Virus record (IMG/VR): IMGVR_UViG_3300027869_000006
Location: 32,001-96,000 of that record
Source: a virus
DNA: 64,000 nt
Direction: 5' to 3' (one strand)
Shown: positions 10,231 to 20,488 of the stretch, piece by piece
How the letters are laid out: each line of letters opens with the position of its first letter
Position numbering within the stretch: position 1 is the stretch's first letter
Translations under genes and position numbers: made by a program
The notes under the pieces: model-generated
Database searches by the model: none
What the model was told of the DNA's origin: nothing
The model's input: only the letters and a program-made list of their open reading frames with translations

Positions 10231-13200
10231 ATGCCGCCACATGTCATGATCTGCGCACTGGAAAACCACTCCTATACCCAGGTGATCGGGAACAGCAACT
10301 TTCCCCACATCACAGCGCTCGCTGCTGCCTATGGCAATTGCACCAATTACTTCGCGGTGACCCATCAATCACTGCCAAACTACATGGCGATCTGGTCGGG
10401 CGATGATCAGTGCGTGGAAGATTCCTTTGTCCCCGGTGCCGGACTCGCGGGCGCGACACTTGCCGATAGCCTGGACGCGGCGGGGATTGGGTGGAAACAC
10501 TATGCGGAGAACTTACCGAGTGCCGGGTATATTGGCCCAGATAGCGGCGGATTTGTGCAGCATCACTGCCCCTCGGCCTATTTCAAGAGCTTTATTGGCA
10601 ATACGACCGCCTATAAGCAGGCGCACCTCGTGAACTACACCAATCTTACCACCGATCTCACTGCCGGGACGGTGCCACCATTTGTCTTTATCCAGCCAAA
10701 TAACGCGCACAACGGGCATACCGATCCGACCAACTCAAGCGACGGGTGGGTGCAAGGATTTGTGACGCTGGTGCAAGGCTCGTCCTGGTATGCAGCGGGT
10801 GGCATGATTATCCTCTGGTATGACGAGAGTCACCCGGATACTGACAATGCAGGCATCGGTGACAAGGGATGCGCAAGTGCCTATCCGGGTGGCGGGAAAA
10901 CCGTGTGTATCGTCATTTCTGCTGCCAACGCCAGCATCGCCCCCATGACCTCCAATATCAATTCGTACGGCATCCTGCGCGGTATCGAAAAGCTCTATGG
11001 CCTGCCCTTCCTCTTGAAGAGTGCTCACACGATTGACGGCGATCTCTCACCACTACTTGGTGTGGGTGTGTCTCCACCTCCACCACCTCCACCCCCACCA
11101 CCGCCAGCAGGCTTTACCGTGACCCCGACCGCGCTCAACTACACCGCGACCGTGGGTGGTGGCAATCCGGCCAACCAAAATCTGACACTGCACAATACGA
11201 GCAGTTCAGTGAGTGGCACGTGGGCACTTGTCTTCTCTGGCGGATCGTGGCTTTCTGCTGCAAGTACATCCGGCACGCTGAATGCGGGCATCTCGTTTGT
11301 GGATGCCGTGAGCGTGAGCATTACTGGTCTCACTGCCAACACCTACACCGAAACGGCGACCTTTACGTTTACACCGTCGTCTGGCGCACCCATTGTGGTC
11401 CCGGTGACCGTGACGCTGTTCCTCTCCACCACACCACCGCCGCCACCGCCGCCACCCCCACCGGCGACCGTTTCAAATCTTGGCAACGGCTTCACCTTGA
11501 CCGCGCCCGCCGATACAACGCCTCGCACGCTCGAGGTGTACTGCGATGTCGATAGAGGCACGGCCACCTTTGCGGCCTCGCTTTCAGATGGAAGTGTGCC
11601 CGACTTTTATGATAGCTCGCTCTCCAATATGTCCGGTGTGTCCGCTGGCCAGTATGCGCTTTCCTACCAGGCGGGGAGTCCAGGGAAACTCCTCTCGGTG
11701 ACCTACGTGCTGGAAAAAGGATTGACCACTGGTGTGGGAGTGTCCTCTGATACCTATAACCGAGCCAATCAAAGCGGACTCGGCACGGCGTCTGACGGCG
11801 AAACCTACAGCCTGGTGAGTGAAAACGGCACGCCCGCCTGGAGCATTGTGGGCAATGCGGGACAGATGGCAGGGAGCGCCGCCAGTAGCGGGATTGCACT
11901 GCTTGGCACGCACACCCTACAGGACGGCGAGGTGCTTGGTATCGTGAATCTTTCCAATCTCGCCAATTCTGGCGGCCTGGTGATGCGTGCGACGGCAGGT
12001 GCCGCTTCCTACTACGCTGCCGTACTGACAGGCTCGACGATACAACTCATCTATATGACCGGCGGCGATGCCATCGTGCTCACCAGCCAGCCAGCCACGC
12101 TCAAGGTGACCACGTCGTATCTGCTGCGGTTTCGCATTGCGAAAAACTGCCTGTGGGCCCGCTACTGGCCAAATGACGGGTCGTCCGAGCCAAAGAAGTG
12201 GTCGGCATTCAAGGTGGACAGCCATCTCACACAAGCCGGACTCTCCGGGCTACGTGGGAGTATCGCAACCAGTTCTGATACCGTGCTCTTCGATACCTAT
12301 AGTACCCTTGACCTCTCGACTCCTGGCGATCCGTCGTCAGTCTCGCTCTACTCGGCGGCGCTTGCGGGTGCACCCATGAACTCGCCCGGGACGCTTCCGG
12401 GGCAAGTCTTTGTGAACGGGGTGTCGAACTACATCTTTGGCACCAATATGAGCACCGACTTTGCCGCCACTACCGTGCGCAATACGCCTGCCATTCAGAG
12501 TCAGATCAAGGCGGCAGGCTTCACGATCATGCGCTGCGCCATCCCCAACGGCTCAAGTAACGCCTATATCGACCTCACCGCAGCCGCGTGCAACGCCTGC
12601 GGGACGGTCATGCTGGTCATTCTCTCCGATACGGATAATGTGTGGAACCAGAGTCTCGTCACCTATCTTGGTAGTCGCTGCTTGTTGTATGAGTTTGGCA
12701 ATGAGCCCGATCTTGCCATTGCCGGAGCCACCTACCTTGCGAACTGGAACAGTTTCATTCCGGTGTTACGAGCACTCAACACCGGTGCGGCCTTCATCGG
12801 ACCTGCCCTTGGTGTCTTTGCCAACGTCAACACCTATCTTGTCCCCTGGCTCCAGGGGTGCGTCACCAGTGGGGTGATGCCATCGGCTATTTCCTACCAC
12901 GTCTATCCCTGCACCAGTTCCACGTGCGATCAGACCTGCTGTACCCCGCTCTCCGGCAATTTTGCGCGTGATGCCGCGACGCTACGAGCGGCGATTGCGA
13001 CGGTCACGCCACTCTCTCTCCCGATTTGCTTGACCGAGTGGAACATCGATGCCAGTAACCCGCAGAAAGCCTATACGCAGCAGAACCCCTTCAATACGAC
13101 CTGGACGGAAGCGGCGATGGAGAGTATGGTCGCCGGGCACCTGGATATGGCCTGCCAGTGGGACGCGGCGGGCAACGCGGGCGGCGGCACCGATGACTTG

Positions 13201-16200
13201 ATCTCGACGCAATCGCCCTACCCACAACAGGTGCAGTACGCGCCGATGGTGGTCGAAATCGCGAAATACCTGGGCAATAGTTCGCCCCCGCCCGCGAACG
13301 GTTCGCTTGCGGTCACCTCCACCACGCCCACCGGGTCGATCAATCTCACCCTTGAGACCGGTGATTGGGCCCACTGGGGCTATCCTGGCGCGTTTGCGTA
13401 TGAGCATAAAGCGGGAGTCACCCCCACCATCAGCAATTTTACGGAAATCGGCAGCAGTGCCATGAGTCAGGATACCGCCACGCCGATCACCTATGTGTGG
13501 ACGGATGGGACCCCGGACGGCAGTGTGACGACGACAACTGGGTGTACGGTCGTGGGCGTGGCGAACGGCTTCTACCTGACGGCGCCTGCAGATACCACCT
13601 CGCGCACCCTGGTGCTCTACGTGGAGGCAAAACTCGCACAAGGGCAACTCACCGCGACACTTTCCGATGGCAGTGCCGCTGCCTTCATCGACAGTTCGCT
13701 CAACGATACCGGTGGGGGTGGCTCTATGCTGCGGTACGTGATCGTCTACAATGCGGCAAGTCTCTCGCAAACGCTCACCGTGCAGTGGACGATGCTGATG
13801 GATTACGGCGTGGCAAGTGGACTCACGACCTATTCAAGCGATACGATGACCCGCGCCAATCAAACCAATTGGGGCACCTCGTCCGGCGGGGAAACCTGGA
13901 CGAAGACCGATGTAGTGGGGACGACAGCAGCCTCCATTGTGAGCAACATGGGGCAAGTCACCGCCTCCTCCGGCAGCCCGTCAGAGGTCGCGCTGTTGGG
14001 GACACAAGTACAAGCGAATGCCGAGAGTTATGTCGAGTGGGAAGTCTCCAGCATCCTTGATCAGCCAAGCCTCGTGCTGCGTGCGACGGCGACGAACACC
14101 TTCTATCGCGCCTGTGTGACCGGCGGCAATACGCTGGAACTTGATCGCAATGTGGCGGGCGCGGTGAATATGCTCAAGAACACGGGTGTTGCCATCAGTC
14201 CGAATACGCTCTACGCCATGCGTTTTCGCATCAATGGCTCTAATTATTATGTCAAGCATTGGCTGAAAAGTGGGAGCGAACCGGCGGGTTGGTCAATCAC
14301 CGGCACCGATAGCGGCGCGACTGCCATTACCGGCGCCGGGCAATGGGGCATCAGAACACGCGTCAACGCCCCATCCGATACGATCAAGTACCAGAATTTC
14401 AGTGTGACCAACTTTGGGACGGGTGGTGGTGGAAGTGCCGGAAGTATTGGATTGCATGCAGCGACAGCGCCAAGCGTCGTGGTGAGTCCTCCACCGCCTG
14501 GGCCACCTCCTCCACCTCCACCTCCACCGCTTCCCCCGCCGCCTGGACCACCTCCCGCGCCCGTGGTCGCGATTGTGGTGAATGCGACTGATGCCAGTTC
14601 GCAGCCGTTTAAGGGCTTTGGCGTGCAGCAGGATGCGTATAACGGGTCCTGGCTGCATGTGGCAAACGGGCAGATCGTCAACGATGCGGGAAAGCCTGTC
14701 TTCTTGCGCGGACTCAATACGGCAGGGTTGGAATATGGGAATGGGACGGCAGGTTTCACCCAGGCCCGCATCAACGCCTTTGCGAGCAATTTTTCGATGA
14801 ACCTCTGGCGCGTGTGTATCAACGTCTCCTGGTGGAACAACAACGTGCTGATGCCTGATGGGATCACGCACTATAAGGATTGGATACAGACGGTCATTGG
14901 GTGGATGAAGGCGGCGGGGAACTACGTTGAGATTGACCCGACCAATTACTGTACCATTCCACCGCAACAGAGCGGGCAGCAGTGTAGTGATCTTGGCAAT
15001 CCGCCTTATTCGACCTCCGATATGTTCAACCGCGCAAATGCTACAAGCACCTGGGGGACGGCTTCCAGCGGGAAGGTATGGGTACAGAAGGCTGGGCTCA
15101 GTAGCTATCTCTCTCTCAGTAGTGGAGAGGGGGTCATTTCGACTGGTGTGTTTGACTTTGTTGACATGATCCTGGGAACAGAGACGATTGCTGATACTGA
15201 AGCACTCGTGCGCCTGGCAATCAACGACCCGACGAATAACCCGTTCGCCGGTATTCTGCTCCGCTATACCGACGAGAATACCTACTACTGGGCACAGATC
15301 AATGGCGGTCATACGTGGCTAGGGAAGCTGGTAGCGGGAGCGAATACCACTCTGGCAAATTCGGCTCTTACACACACGAGCGGCCAATTCTACTGGATGC
15401 GTTTCAACGTCACGGGTACGACACTCAAGGTCAAGACCTGGCCCGACGATGGGAGCCCAGAGCCAGGAAGTTGGGAGATCACCGTGACGGACAGCGCACT
15501 CACATCGGGATATATGGGCCTTACTGCATCCTCGAGCGTTTCGCCCAATGGGGCGCAGTTTGATACCTTCACAGCAGGCACACCGGTCACTGCCTGTATT
15601 ACGAGCCAGGATACACAGAATAATCCACCCTGGACGGATGCGCAAAAACTGACGGCAACTACTGCCTTCTTTAGCGACTTCATTGCGAACTATTACCCGA
15701 GTGATCCCGCCATTCTGTTTGACTCGCTCAACGAGCCGACCGGCTTTGCAGACCAATACAGTGCCAACGGGACGGTGATTGCTGCGATCAGGGCACTTCA
15801 GCCACATTCGCTCATCTTCATCTATTCGGCCTCCCTTGCCGGTATCTACGCCGGGGCAGAGCCAGATTACCCTGAGCCCGACCTGGTATGGGATTATCAC
15901 CTCTATGACGATTACCCGTCAAATACCTGGCAGAACAAGATCATCAATAATGAAGCGAGTGGCTGGCCGTTTGCCCAGGCACACAATAGAGGCGTGAGTA
16001 TCGGGGAATGGAATGCCAACATCACCAATGACCCGGGTGGGTTTGCGGCAGCCATTGCCAGCCTTGCCACCACCTCTGGCTTTGCGACGACGTACTACCA
16101 GGCGGGCAACGTCCTCTCTGGCGATAATGTGACCGTGACCGCCGAGGGCCTGCTTGTGCAAACACCGGCCTTTGGAGCTATTGCGACTGCCGAGGCGGAG

Positions 16201-16590
16201 GTGGCACCAGCATCCGGGACCGGCGTGTCGTCTGGTCCCGCGTCGCCGATTTCACCCACGCAGCGTGCCCTCATCAATAGCAGGCTGGCCTTTATGAACC
16301 CACCGATCATCAGGACAGCAGCCACCTCCGTCGCCTGGTGGTGCCCCACCGGCGTGGTCGGTACCTATGATTTCACGAATGCGCTGATGCAGGAATGGTA
16401 TGCCGTCTTTGAGAATGCCCAGGCCCAAGGTATCGATGTGATCGTGAGCGTGAACTCGCCCGCGCCCTTCACGCTCTTATCAAGTGGCTGGTGTACGGCC
16501 TTTGCCGATTTGATCGATCACCTGGTCAACACGCGTGGCTACACCTGTATCACGTATGTGAGCGGGCTCTCTGAGCCGGATACGTTCTGA
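10231..16590 (+). CDS. Giant modular protein: phosphoesterase + BACON + 3 lectin-like modules + GH-A hydrolase + GH5-like hydrolase + N-half of a GH30-like hydrolase
   Basis: HVMICALENHSY / SLPNY phosphoesterase motifs; YEFGNEP and LPICLTEWN; LHVANGQIVNDAGKPVFLRGLN...DSLNEP...SIGEWN (GH5-like); poly-Pro linkers. Confidence 0.7.
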   Translation: MPPHVMICALENHSYTQVIGNSNFPHITALAAAYGNCTNYFAVTHQSLPNYMAIWSGDDQCVEDSFVPGAGLAGATLADSLDAAGIGWKHYAENLPSAGYIGPDSGGFVQHHCPSAYFKSFIGNTTAYKQAHLVNYTNLTTDLTAGTVPPFVFIQPNNAHNGHTDPTNSSDGWVQGFVTLVQGSSWYAAGGMIILWYDESHPDTDNAGIGDKGCASAYPGGGKTVCIVISAANASIAPMTSNINSYGILRGIEKLYGLPFLLKSAHTIDGDLSPLLGVGVSPPPPPPPPPPPAGFTVTPTALNYTATVGGGNPANQNLTLHNTSSSVSGTWALVFSGGSWLSAASTSGTLNAGISFVDAVSVSITGLTANTYTETATFTFTPSSGAPIVVPVTVTLFLSTTPPPPPPPPPPATVSNLGNGFTLTAPADTTPRTLEVYCDVDRGTATFAASLSDGSVPDFYDSSLSNMSGVSAGQYALSYQAGSPGKLLSVTYVLEKGLTTGVGVSSDTYNRANQSGLGTASDGETYSLVSENGTPAWSIVGNAGQMAGSAASSGIALLGTHTLQDGEVLGIVNLSNLANSGGLVMRATAGAASYYAAVLTGSTIQLIYMTGGDAIVLTSQPATLKVTTSYLLRFRIAKNCLWARYWPNDGSSEPKKWSAFKVDSHLTQAGLSGLRGSIATSSDTVLFDTYSTLDLSTPGDPSSVSLYSAALAGAPMNSPGTLPGQVFVNGVSNYIFGTNMSTDFAATTVRNTPAIQSQIKAAGFTIMRCAIPNGSSNAYIDLTAAACNACGTVMLVILSDTDNVWNQSLVTYLGSRCLLYEFGNEPDLAIAGATYLANWNSFIPVLRALNTGAAFIGPALGVFANVNTYLVPWLQGCVTSGVMPSAISYHVYPCTSSTCDQTCCTPLSGNFARDAATLRAAIATVTPLSLPICLTEWNIDASNPQKAYTQQNPFNTTWTEAAMESMVAGHLDMACQWDAAGNAGGGTDDLISTQSPYPQQVQYAPMVVEIAKYLGNSSPPPANGSLAVTSTTPTGSINLTLETGDWAHWGYPGAFAYEHKAGVTPTISNFTEIGSSAMSQDTATPITYVWTDGTPDGSVTTTTGCTVVGVANGFYLTAPADTTSRTLVLYVEAKLAQGQLTATLSDGSAAAFIDSSLNDTGGGGSMLRYVIVYNAASLSQTLTVQWTMLMDYGVASGLTTYSSDTMTRANQTNWGTSSGGETWTKTDVVGTTAASIVSNMGQVTASSGSPSEVALLGTQVQANAESYVEWEVSSILDQPSLVLRATATNTFYRACVTGGNTLELDRNVAGAVNMLKNTGVAISPNTLYAMRFRINGSNYYVKHWLKSGSEPAGWSITGTDSGATAITGAGQWGIRTRVNAPSDTIKYQNFSVTNFGTGGGGSAGSIGLHAATAPSVVVSPPPPGPPPPPPPPPLPPPPGPPPAPVVAIVVNATDASSQPFKGFGVQQDAYNGSWLHVANGQIVNDAGKPVFLRGLNTAGLEYGNGTAGFTQARINAFASNFSMNLWRVCINVSWWNNNVLMPDGITHYKDWIQTVIGWMKAAGNYVEIDPTNYCTIPPQQSGQQCSDLGNPPYSTSDMFNRANATSTWGTASSGKVWVQKAGLSSYLSLSSGEGVISTGVFDFVDMILGTETIADTEALVRLAINDPTNNPFAGILLRYTDENTYYWAQINGGHTWLGKLVAGANTTLANSALTHTSGQFYWMRFNVTGTTLKVKTWPDDGSPEPGSWEITVTDSALTSGYMGLTASSSVSPNGAQFDTFTAGTPVTACITSQDTQNNPPWTDAQKLTATTAFFSDFIANYYPSDPAILFDSLNEPTGFADQYSANGTVIAAIRALQPHSLIFIYSASLAGIYAGAEPDYPEPDLVWDYHLYDDYPSNTWQNKIINNEASGWPFAQAHNRGVSIGEWNANITNDPGGFAAAIASLATTSGFATTYYQAGNVLSGDNVTVTAEGLLVQTPAFGAIATAEAEVAPASGTGVSSGPASPISPTQRALINSRLAFMNPPIIRTAATSVAWWCPTGVVGTYDFTNALMQEWYAVFENAQAQGIDVIVSVNSPAPFTLLSSGWCTAFADLIDHLVNTRGYTCITYVSGLSEPDTF

Positions 16591-16617
16591 GAGAGAGGAA
16601 GAAAGGAGGAAGCAAAC

Positions 16618-19125
16618 ATGTCGTATACACTCTTACCAGGGCAGTCATTCTTGCCATCGGGCATTTCCAACTATGCGTTAGGCATGGTCACCACCGGCCC
16701 CTATCTCTCGCCGAACTTCCTGGACTCAAGCGCGATCCAAAGCCTGGTCAAGGCGGCAGGCACGACCGTGGTGCGTGTCTTCACCGATGACCTGGGCACA
16801 GACTCGGATGCGACACTCGACACCTACTACACCGCCATCACTAACGCGGGATGTGTGATGCTCGTGAACCTGCAACATCCGTGGGATGACGCCCGCTGCC
16901 AGCATATCGTCACCCACTACGGGTCGCGCTGCTTGTTGTATGAATTTGGCAATGAACCAAGTCTCTACACGTCCCCAACGGTCTCAACCACGCAGTATAA
17001 CTCGTACTGGACTACCACCATCCCGCATTTACGTTCGATTAACGCGGCGGCAGCGTACATGGGTCCGGCCATCATCGTGGGGGACCCTGGTGGCTACCTG
17101 TCCAGTTGGCTGACTGCCGTCGTTTCTTCGGGTATCCTCCCTGATGCCGTCAGCTTCCATATGTACTGCTCAGATACCTCGGAAACAAAGGAGATGGCAC
17201 TTGCCGCCTATTACTATGTCTATACCGAGGATATCCGGCAGCAGGTGACGACGGCACTTGGACACGAGGTAGCGATCTGCCTGACGGAATGGAACTTCGA
17301 TAGCGGGTTTCCCCCTGGCGCATGGGGGACTGATCCCACGTTCATGATCCCTTTCACAACGAACGCCTGGGGGGCTATCACAGCGGCAGGCCCGGCCCTT
17401 GCCTGCATCTTCAATATCTGTAGCGGCGCGGGTGGAGGTGGTGGCCTGCTTGACCTGATTGACTCGGTGACCCAGGCCCCACGTCCCAATGGGCAATACA
17501 GCACGCTTGCTAGCCTGTTTGCCGCTGCCCAGCATGCGCCGGTGACGCCACCGCCCGTGCCGATCAGCGCCTACGCTTCCGTCATCCAGGCTGATACGCC
17601 GCTCTGGTACGGACGCGGGGATAGCCGTGATGTGAGCGGGAACGCGCATAACGGCACGATGGTCGGGTATGTCGAACTGGGGCAAGCCGGACTCCTGCCC
17701 TACGATCCGATGACGAGTATGAACTTCGGGGGCAGTGGCTATATCAGCGTGCCCACAGCTACCCTGCCAACGGGGGCGCATGCCTGGTCAATGGAATGCT
17801 GGTTCTTGTGGCCAACACTCGAGCTCACCAACTACGATGGCTTGATGGACATGGGAACACGCGTTTCTACAGAAGAGGTCTCCTTCTATTACGACCAGGT
17901 GAGCGGCAAGCTCTCCAATGGGACATTTGGGGACGTGGACGTAGAAGCAACGCCAGCAGTCGTCGCGAACCAGGTCTACTACGGGGTCATTACCTACGAT
18001 GGAACGACGAGCACGATTGATCTGTACAGTTCGCTCGGGCGTGTGAGCACATCTGCTGCACGCACCATCAACCTGGTCCAGACCCATGCAGGCATCGGGG
18101 GGACGGCGAATGTGGCCGTGCCGTTTACCGGGCGCGGGCAGGAGTTCGCCTTCTATGGCTACGCGCTTTCGGGAACGCAGAAAGCGGCCCACTACGCGGC
18201 AGGCACGACACCGCCGCCGCCATCCTTTGGGTATGCGAACTACAAAAACATCATTGAACCCAACCTGGTGGCGGCACTTGCCGCGAAGAATCTCTTGAAC
18301 GTGGTTTCCCTCATCGGGCCGGAAACGACGATGCAAAATGATGCCTGGCTCAGCAGTGCCGCCGCCGATCTCTCCGGCACGCTGGAAGGCTACATCCGGC
18401 ATGCTTTCCCGACGGGTGCCACCGATATCAGCAGTGGGGGCATTGAGGTGGCAATGGATACTCTGGTTCCGACCATCTTAGCGCATGACCCAACAGGCAT
18501 CGTCCTGCAGGGTGAGATGGGGTCGGGCTACTACGGGCCTGGGCCGCAAGTCGCGGGCTATCAGTACGGCGTCGAAATGACCGATTTCGCGGTGCAGTTG
18601 GCACGTGCGAAGATGAGTGCCTTCATCGCCTACCTCCTCGACGATGACATGACGGGCACCATGTGGGGCATGTGGAAGCTCACCGATCCACTGGGCGGCG
18701 CTCCACTGCGTCCCTGGTTCTTCCCATGGTCGCTCTTGTGCAAGAGCATTGCCGAGGGAAGCACGCTCTACGCGCCAGCACAGCCCTCGACCAATGATCT
18801 GCGGGTGCTGGCGGCAGAGAGCCCACAAGGGGCCTGGACGTTTGTGCTCGTCAATCGTGCTGGTGGCGCCCGTACTCTCCGGCTGTCCGTTCCATTCGCG
18901 CCACCAGCCACTCAGACCTTGCAGCAGTACATCTATGCAGAGGCCGTGCCACGCGTAGTGGATGGCAATGGCTTCCCGCTACCGGCAGGGACGATCACCG
19001 CGAACCTGGCGCGTGGGTTCAGCGTACCGATGGCGGGCAATTCCGTGCTCATTTTGACGCAGCAGACGGCGACGCAAACCACGATCTATAACGTGAAGCG
19101 TCCACCCCTTCAGAAACGGAGATAG
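16618..19125 (+). CDS. Modular protein: GH-A hydrolase + LamG-like domain + C-half of a GH30-like hydrolase
   Basis: YEFGNEP / ICLTEWN domain paralogous to the one in 10231..16590; LamG-like WSMECWF segment; LIGPET...LQGEMG...WGMW...LRPWFFPWSLL. Confidence 0.7.
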   Translation: MSYTLLPGQSFLPSGISNYALGMVTTGPYLSPNFLDSSAIQSLVKAAGTTVVRVFTDDLGTDSDATLDTYYTAITNAGCVMLVNLQHPWDDARCQHIVTHYGSRCLLYEFGNEPSLYTSPTVSTTQYNSYWTTTIPHLRSINAAAAYMGPAIIVGDPGGYLSSWLTAVVSSGILPDAVSFHMYCSDTSETKEMALAAYYYVYTEDIRQQVTTALGHEVAICLTEWNFDSGFPPGAWGTDPTFMIPFTTNAWGAITAAGPALACIFNICSGAGGGGGLLDLIDSVTQAPRPNGQYSTLASLFAAAQHAPVTPPPVPISAYASVIQADTPLWYGRGDSRDVSGNAHNGTMVGYVELGQAGLLPYDPMTSMNFGGSGYISVPTATLPTGAHAWSMECWFLWPTLELTNYDGLMDMGTRVSTEEVSFYYDQVSGKLSNGTFGDVDVEATPAVVANQVYYGVITYDGTTSTIDLYSSLGRVSTSAARTINLVQTHAGIGGTANVAVPFTGRGQEFAFYGYALSGTQKAAHYAAGTTPPPPSFGYANYKNIIEPNLVAALAAKNLLNVVSLIGPETTMQNDAWLSSAAADLSGTLEGYIRHAFPTGATDISSGGIEVAMDTLVPTILAHDPTGIVLQGEMGSGYYGPGPQVAGYQYGVEMTDFAVQLARAKMSAFIAYLLDDDMTGTMWGMWKLTDPLGGAPLRPWFFPWSLLCKSIAEGSTLYAPAQPSTNDLRVLAAESPQGAWTFVLVNRAGGARTLRLSVPFAPPATQTLQQYIYAEAVPRVVDGNGFPLPAGTITANLARGFSVPMAGNSVLILTQQTATQTTIYNVKRPPLQKRR

Positions 19126-19159
19126 TGACCACGTCAGAACAAGGCGAGAGGAGAGAGAG

Positions 19160-19753
19160 ATGCCACCACAAGAAGAGTCGAGTCGAGTACTGGGTTCGCA
19201 AGACATCCGGCCAATCCCAGACCCGACCGTGCTCACAACGGCAGCGAGTCTGCGGTTGGAGGAGATGCTACGCAACTTGATACAAGTAGAGATAGCGCAC
19301 CAGGCTGCCTTGTTTACTGAGAAACTAGCGACCATCGAGACAAAGTTTGAGACACGGTTTGCGATGCTTGATACCCGCACCGCCGAGCAGAAGAAAGACA
19401 CGAAAGATGCTCTAGACGCGGCACTTTCCGCAGCCAAAGAAGCCGTCGCCTCGCAAACGGCTGCCAGCGAGAAGAGCATCACCAAATCAGAGACGGCGAC
19501 GATTGAGCGGATTAAGGCAGTCGAAACACTGCTCGCTACCTCAACCAAGGCGTCAGACGATAAGAGCGATGACTTGAAAAGCCGCATCGTCGCCATTGAG
19601 GCGGTGAAACTCGGCAATATGGAACAGACCACCGCGCAACGTGAGCGAGGTCTGGAGACACGTGGCAGCATGGCCAGCGTCATGAGTATTGTGATGGCCG
19701 TGATCGCCGTTGCCAGCATTATTATTGCGATTATTGTTGTACTCAAACCATAA
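19160..19753 (+). CDS. Coiled-coil protein with C-terminal transmembrane helix
   Basis: Charged heptad-like body, hydrophobic C-terminus VMSIVMAVIAVASIIIAIIVVL; strong RBS. Confidence 0.6.
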   Translation: MPPQEESSRVLGSQDIRPIPDPTVLTTAASLRLEEMLRNLIQVEIAHQAALFTEKLATIETKFETRFAMLDTRTAEQKKDTKDALDAALSAAKEAVASQTAASEKSITKSETATIERIKAVETLLATSTKASDDKSDDLKSRIVAIEAVKLGNMEQTTAQRERGLETRGSMASVMSIVMAVIAVASIIIAIIVVLKP

Positions 19754-19769
19754 GAAAGGAGTCATTCTC

Positions 19770-19949
19770 ATGCATCTTGACCTAGCTATCGCGTTCCAAC
19801 TCGTGATCCTGGCATTCATCGCCTTATACTGCCTACTTGGTGCGGGCTACCCAGGCTACGTAGGGCGTGGAACAGGCGGGCATGGCTACATCCTGTGGTT
19901 CATCGTCGGGATTGCCGCCATTGTGACGGGCGTCTTGCTCGTCATCTGA
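19770..19949 (+). CDS. Small 2-TM membrane protein (holin candidate)
   Basis: 59 aa, two hydrophobic helices, RBS AAGGAG before ATG 19770. Confidence 0.5.
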   Translation: MHLDLAIAFQLVILAFIALYCLLGAGYPGYVGRGTGGHGYILWFIVGIAAIVTGVLLVI

Positions 19950-20017
19950 GAGAGATTCCCTCTTTCCTTAGAAAGAGGAGAGGAAAGAAGTCAAGCAGTA
20001 AGGAGAAGAGGAAAAAA

Positions 20018-20458
20018 ATGGCAGGTTTAACGACACAGGCACAAAACAACATTTTAAATTGGATGAAAGGCACCACGTGGCCAACATCAGCCGCATGGGG
20101 CGCGGCACCGACCACTGTCTACGTCGGATTGTTCACGACCGCACCGACCACTGATGCATCAGCCTCCTATACAGGAACGGAGGTATCGGGCAATAACTAT
20201 TCGCGTGTGGCCGTGACCACATCCTCCGGCTGGTCAGCCATTAGCGGCGGCTCAACCACACCCTCGCAAATTAGCAATGCCGGTGTGATTACCTTCGCAA
20301 CCCCATCAGGCTCATGGGGAACTATACTGGCAGTCGGTATATTCGATGCCGCAACGAATGGTAATTTATTGTGGTGGGCGACTATTACTTCACAAGCAAT
20401 TGCATCAGGAGTCGTTGCCAGTTTCGCAATTGGTGCTTTAGTTTTGACAATGGATTAG
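20018..20458 (+). CDS. Conserved phage tail-fibre-associated protein
   Basis: YVGLFTTAPT...TEVSGNNYSRVAV...ITFATPSGSWGTI...GIFDAATNGNLL, a common minor tail protein signature. Confidence 0.75.
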   Translation: MAGLTTQAQNNILNWMKGTTWPTSAAWGAAPTTVYVGLFTTAPTTDASASYTGTEVSGNNYSRVAVTTSSGWSAISGGSTTPSQISNAGVITFATPSGSWGTILAVGIFDAATNGNLLWWATITSQAIASGVVASFAIGALVLTMD

Positions 20459-20488
20459 TTGATAATTAGTAGAATACAGAAGGTGGTG

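Noticed and set aside
11073-14560. CCN-rich tracts resembling the C-rich arrays
   Set aside because: Period 3, in-frame poly-Pro linkers; no 5-nt register.
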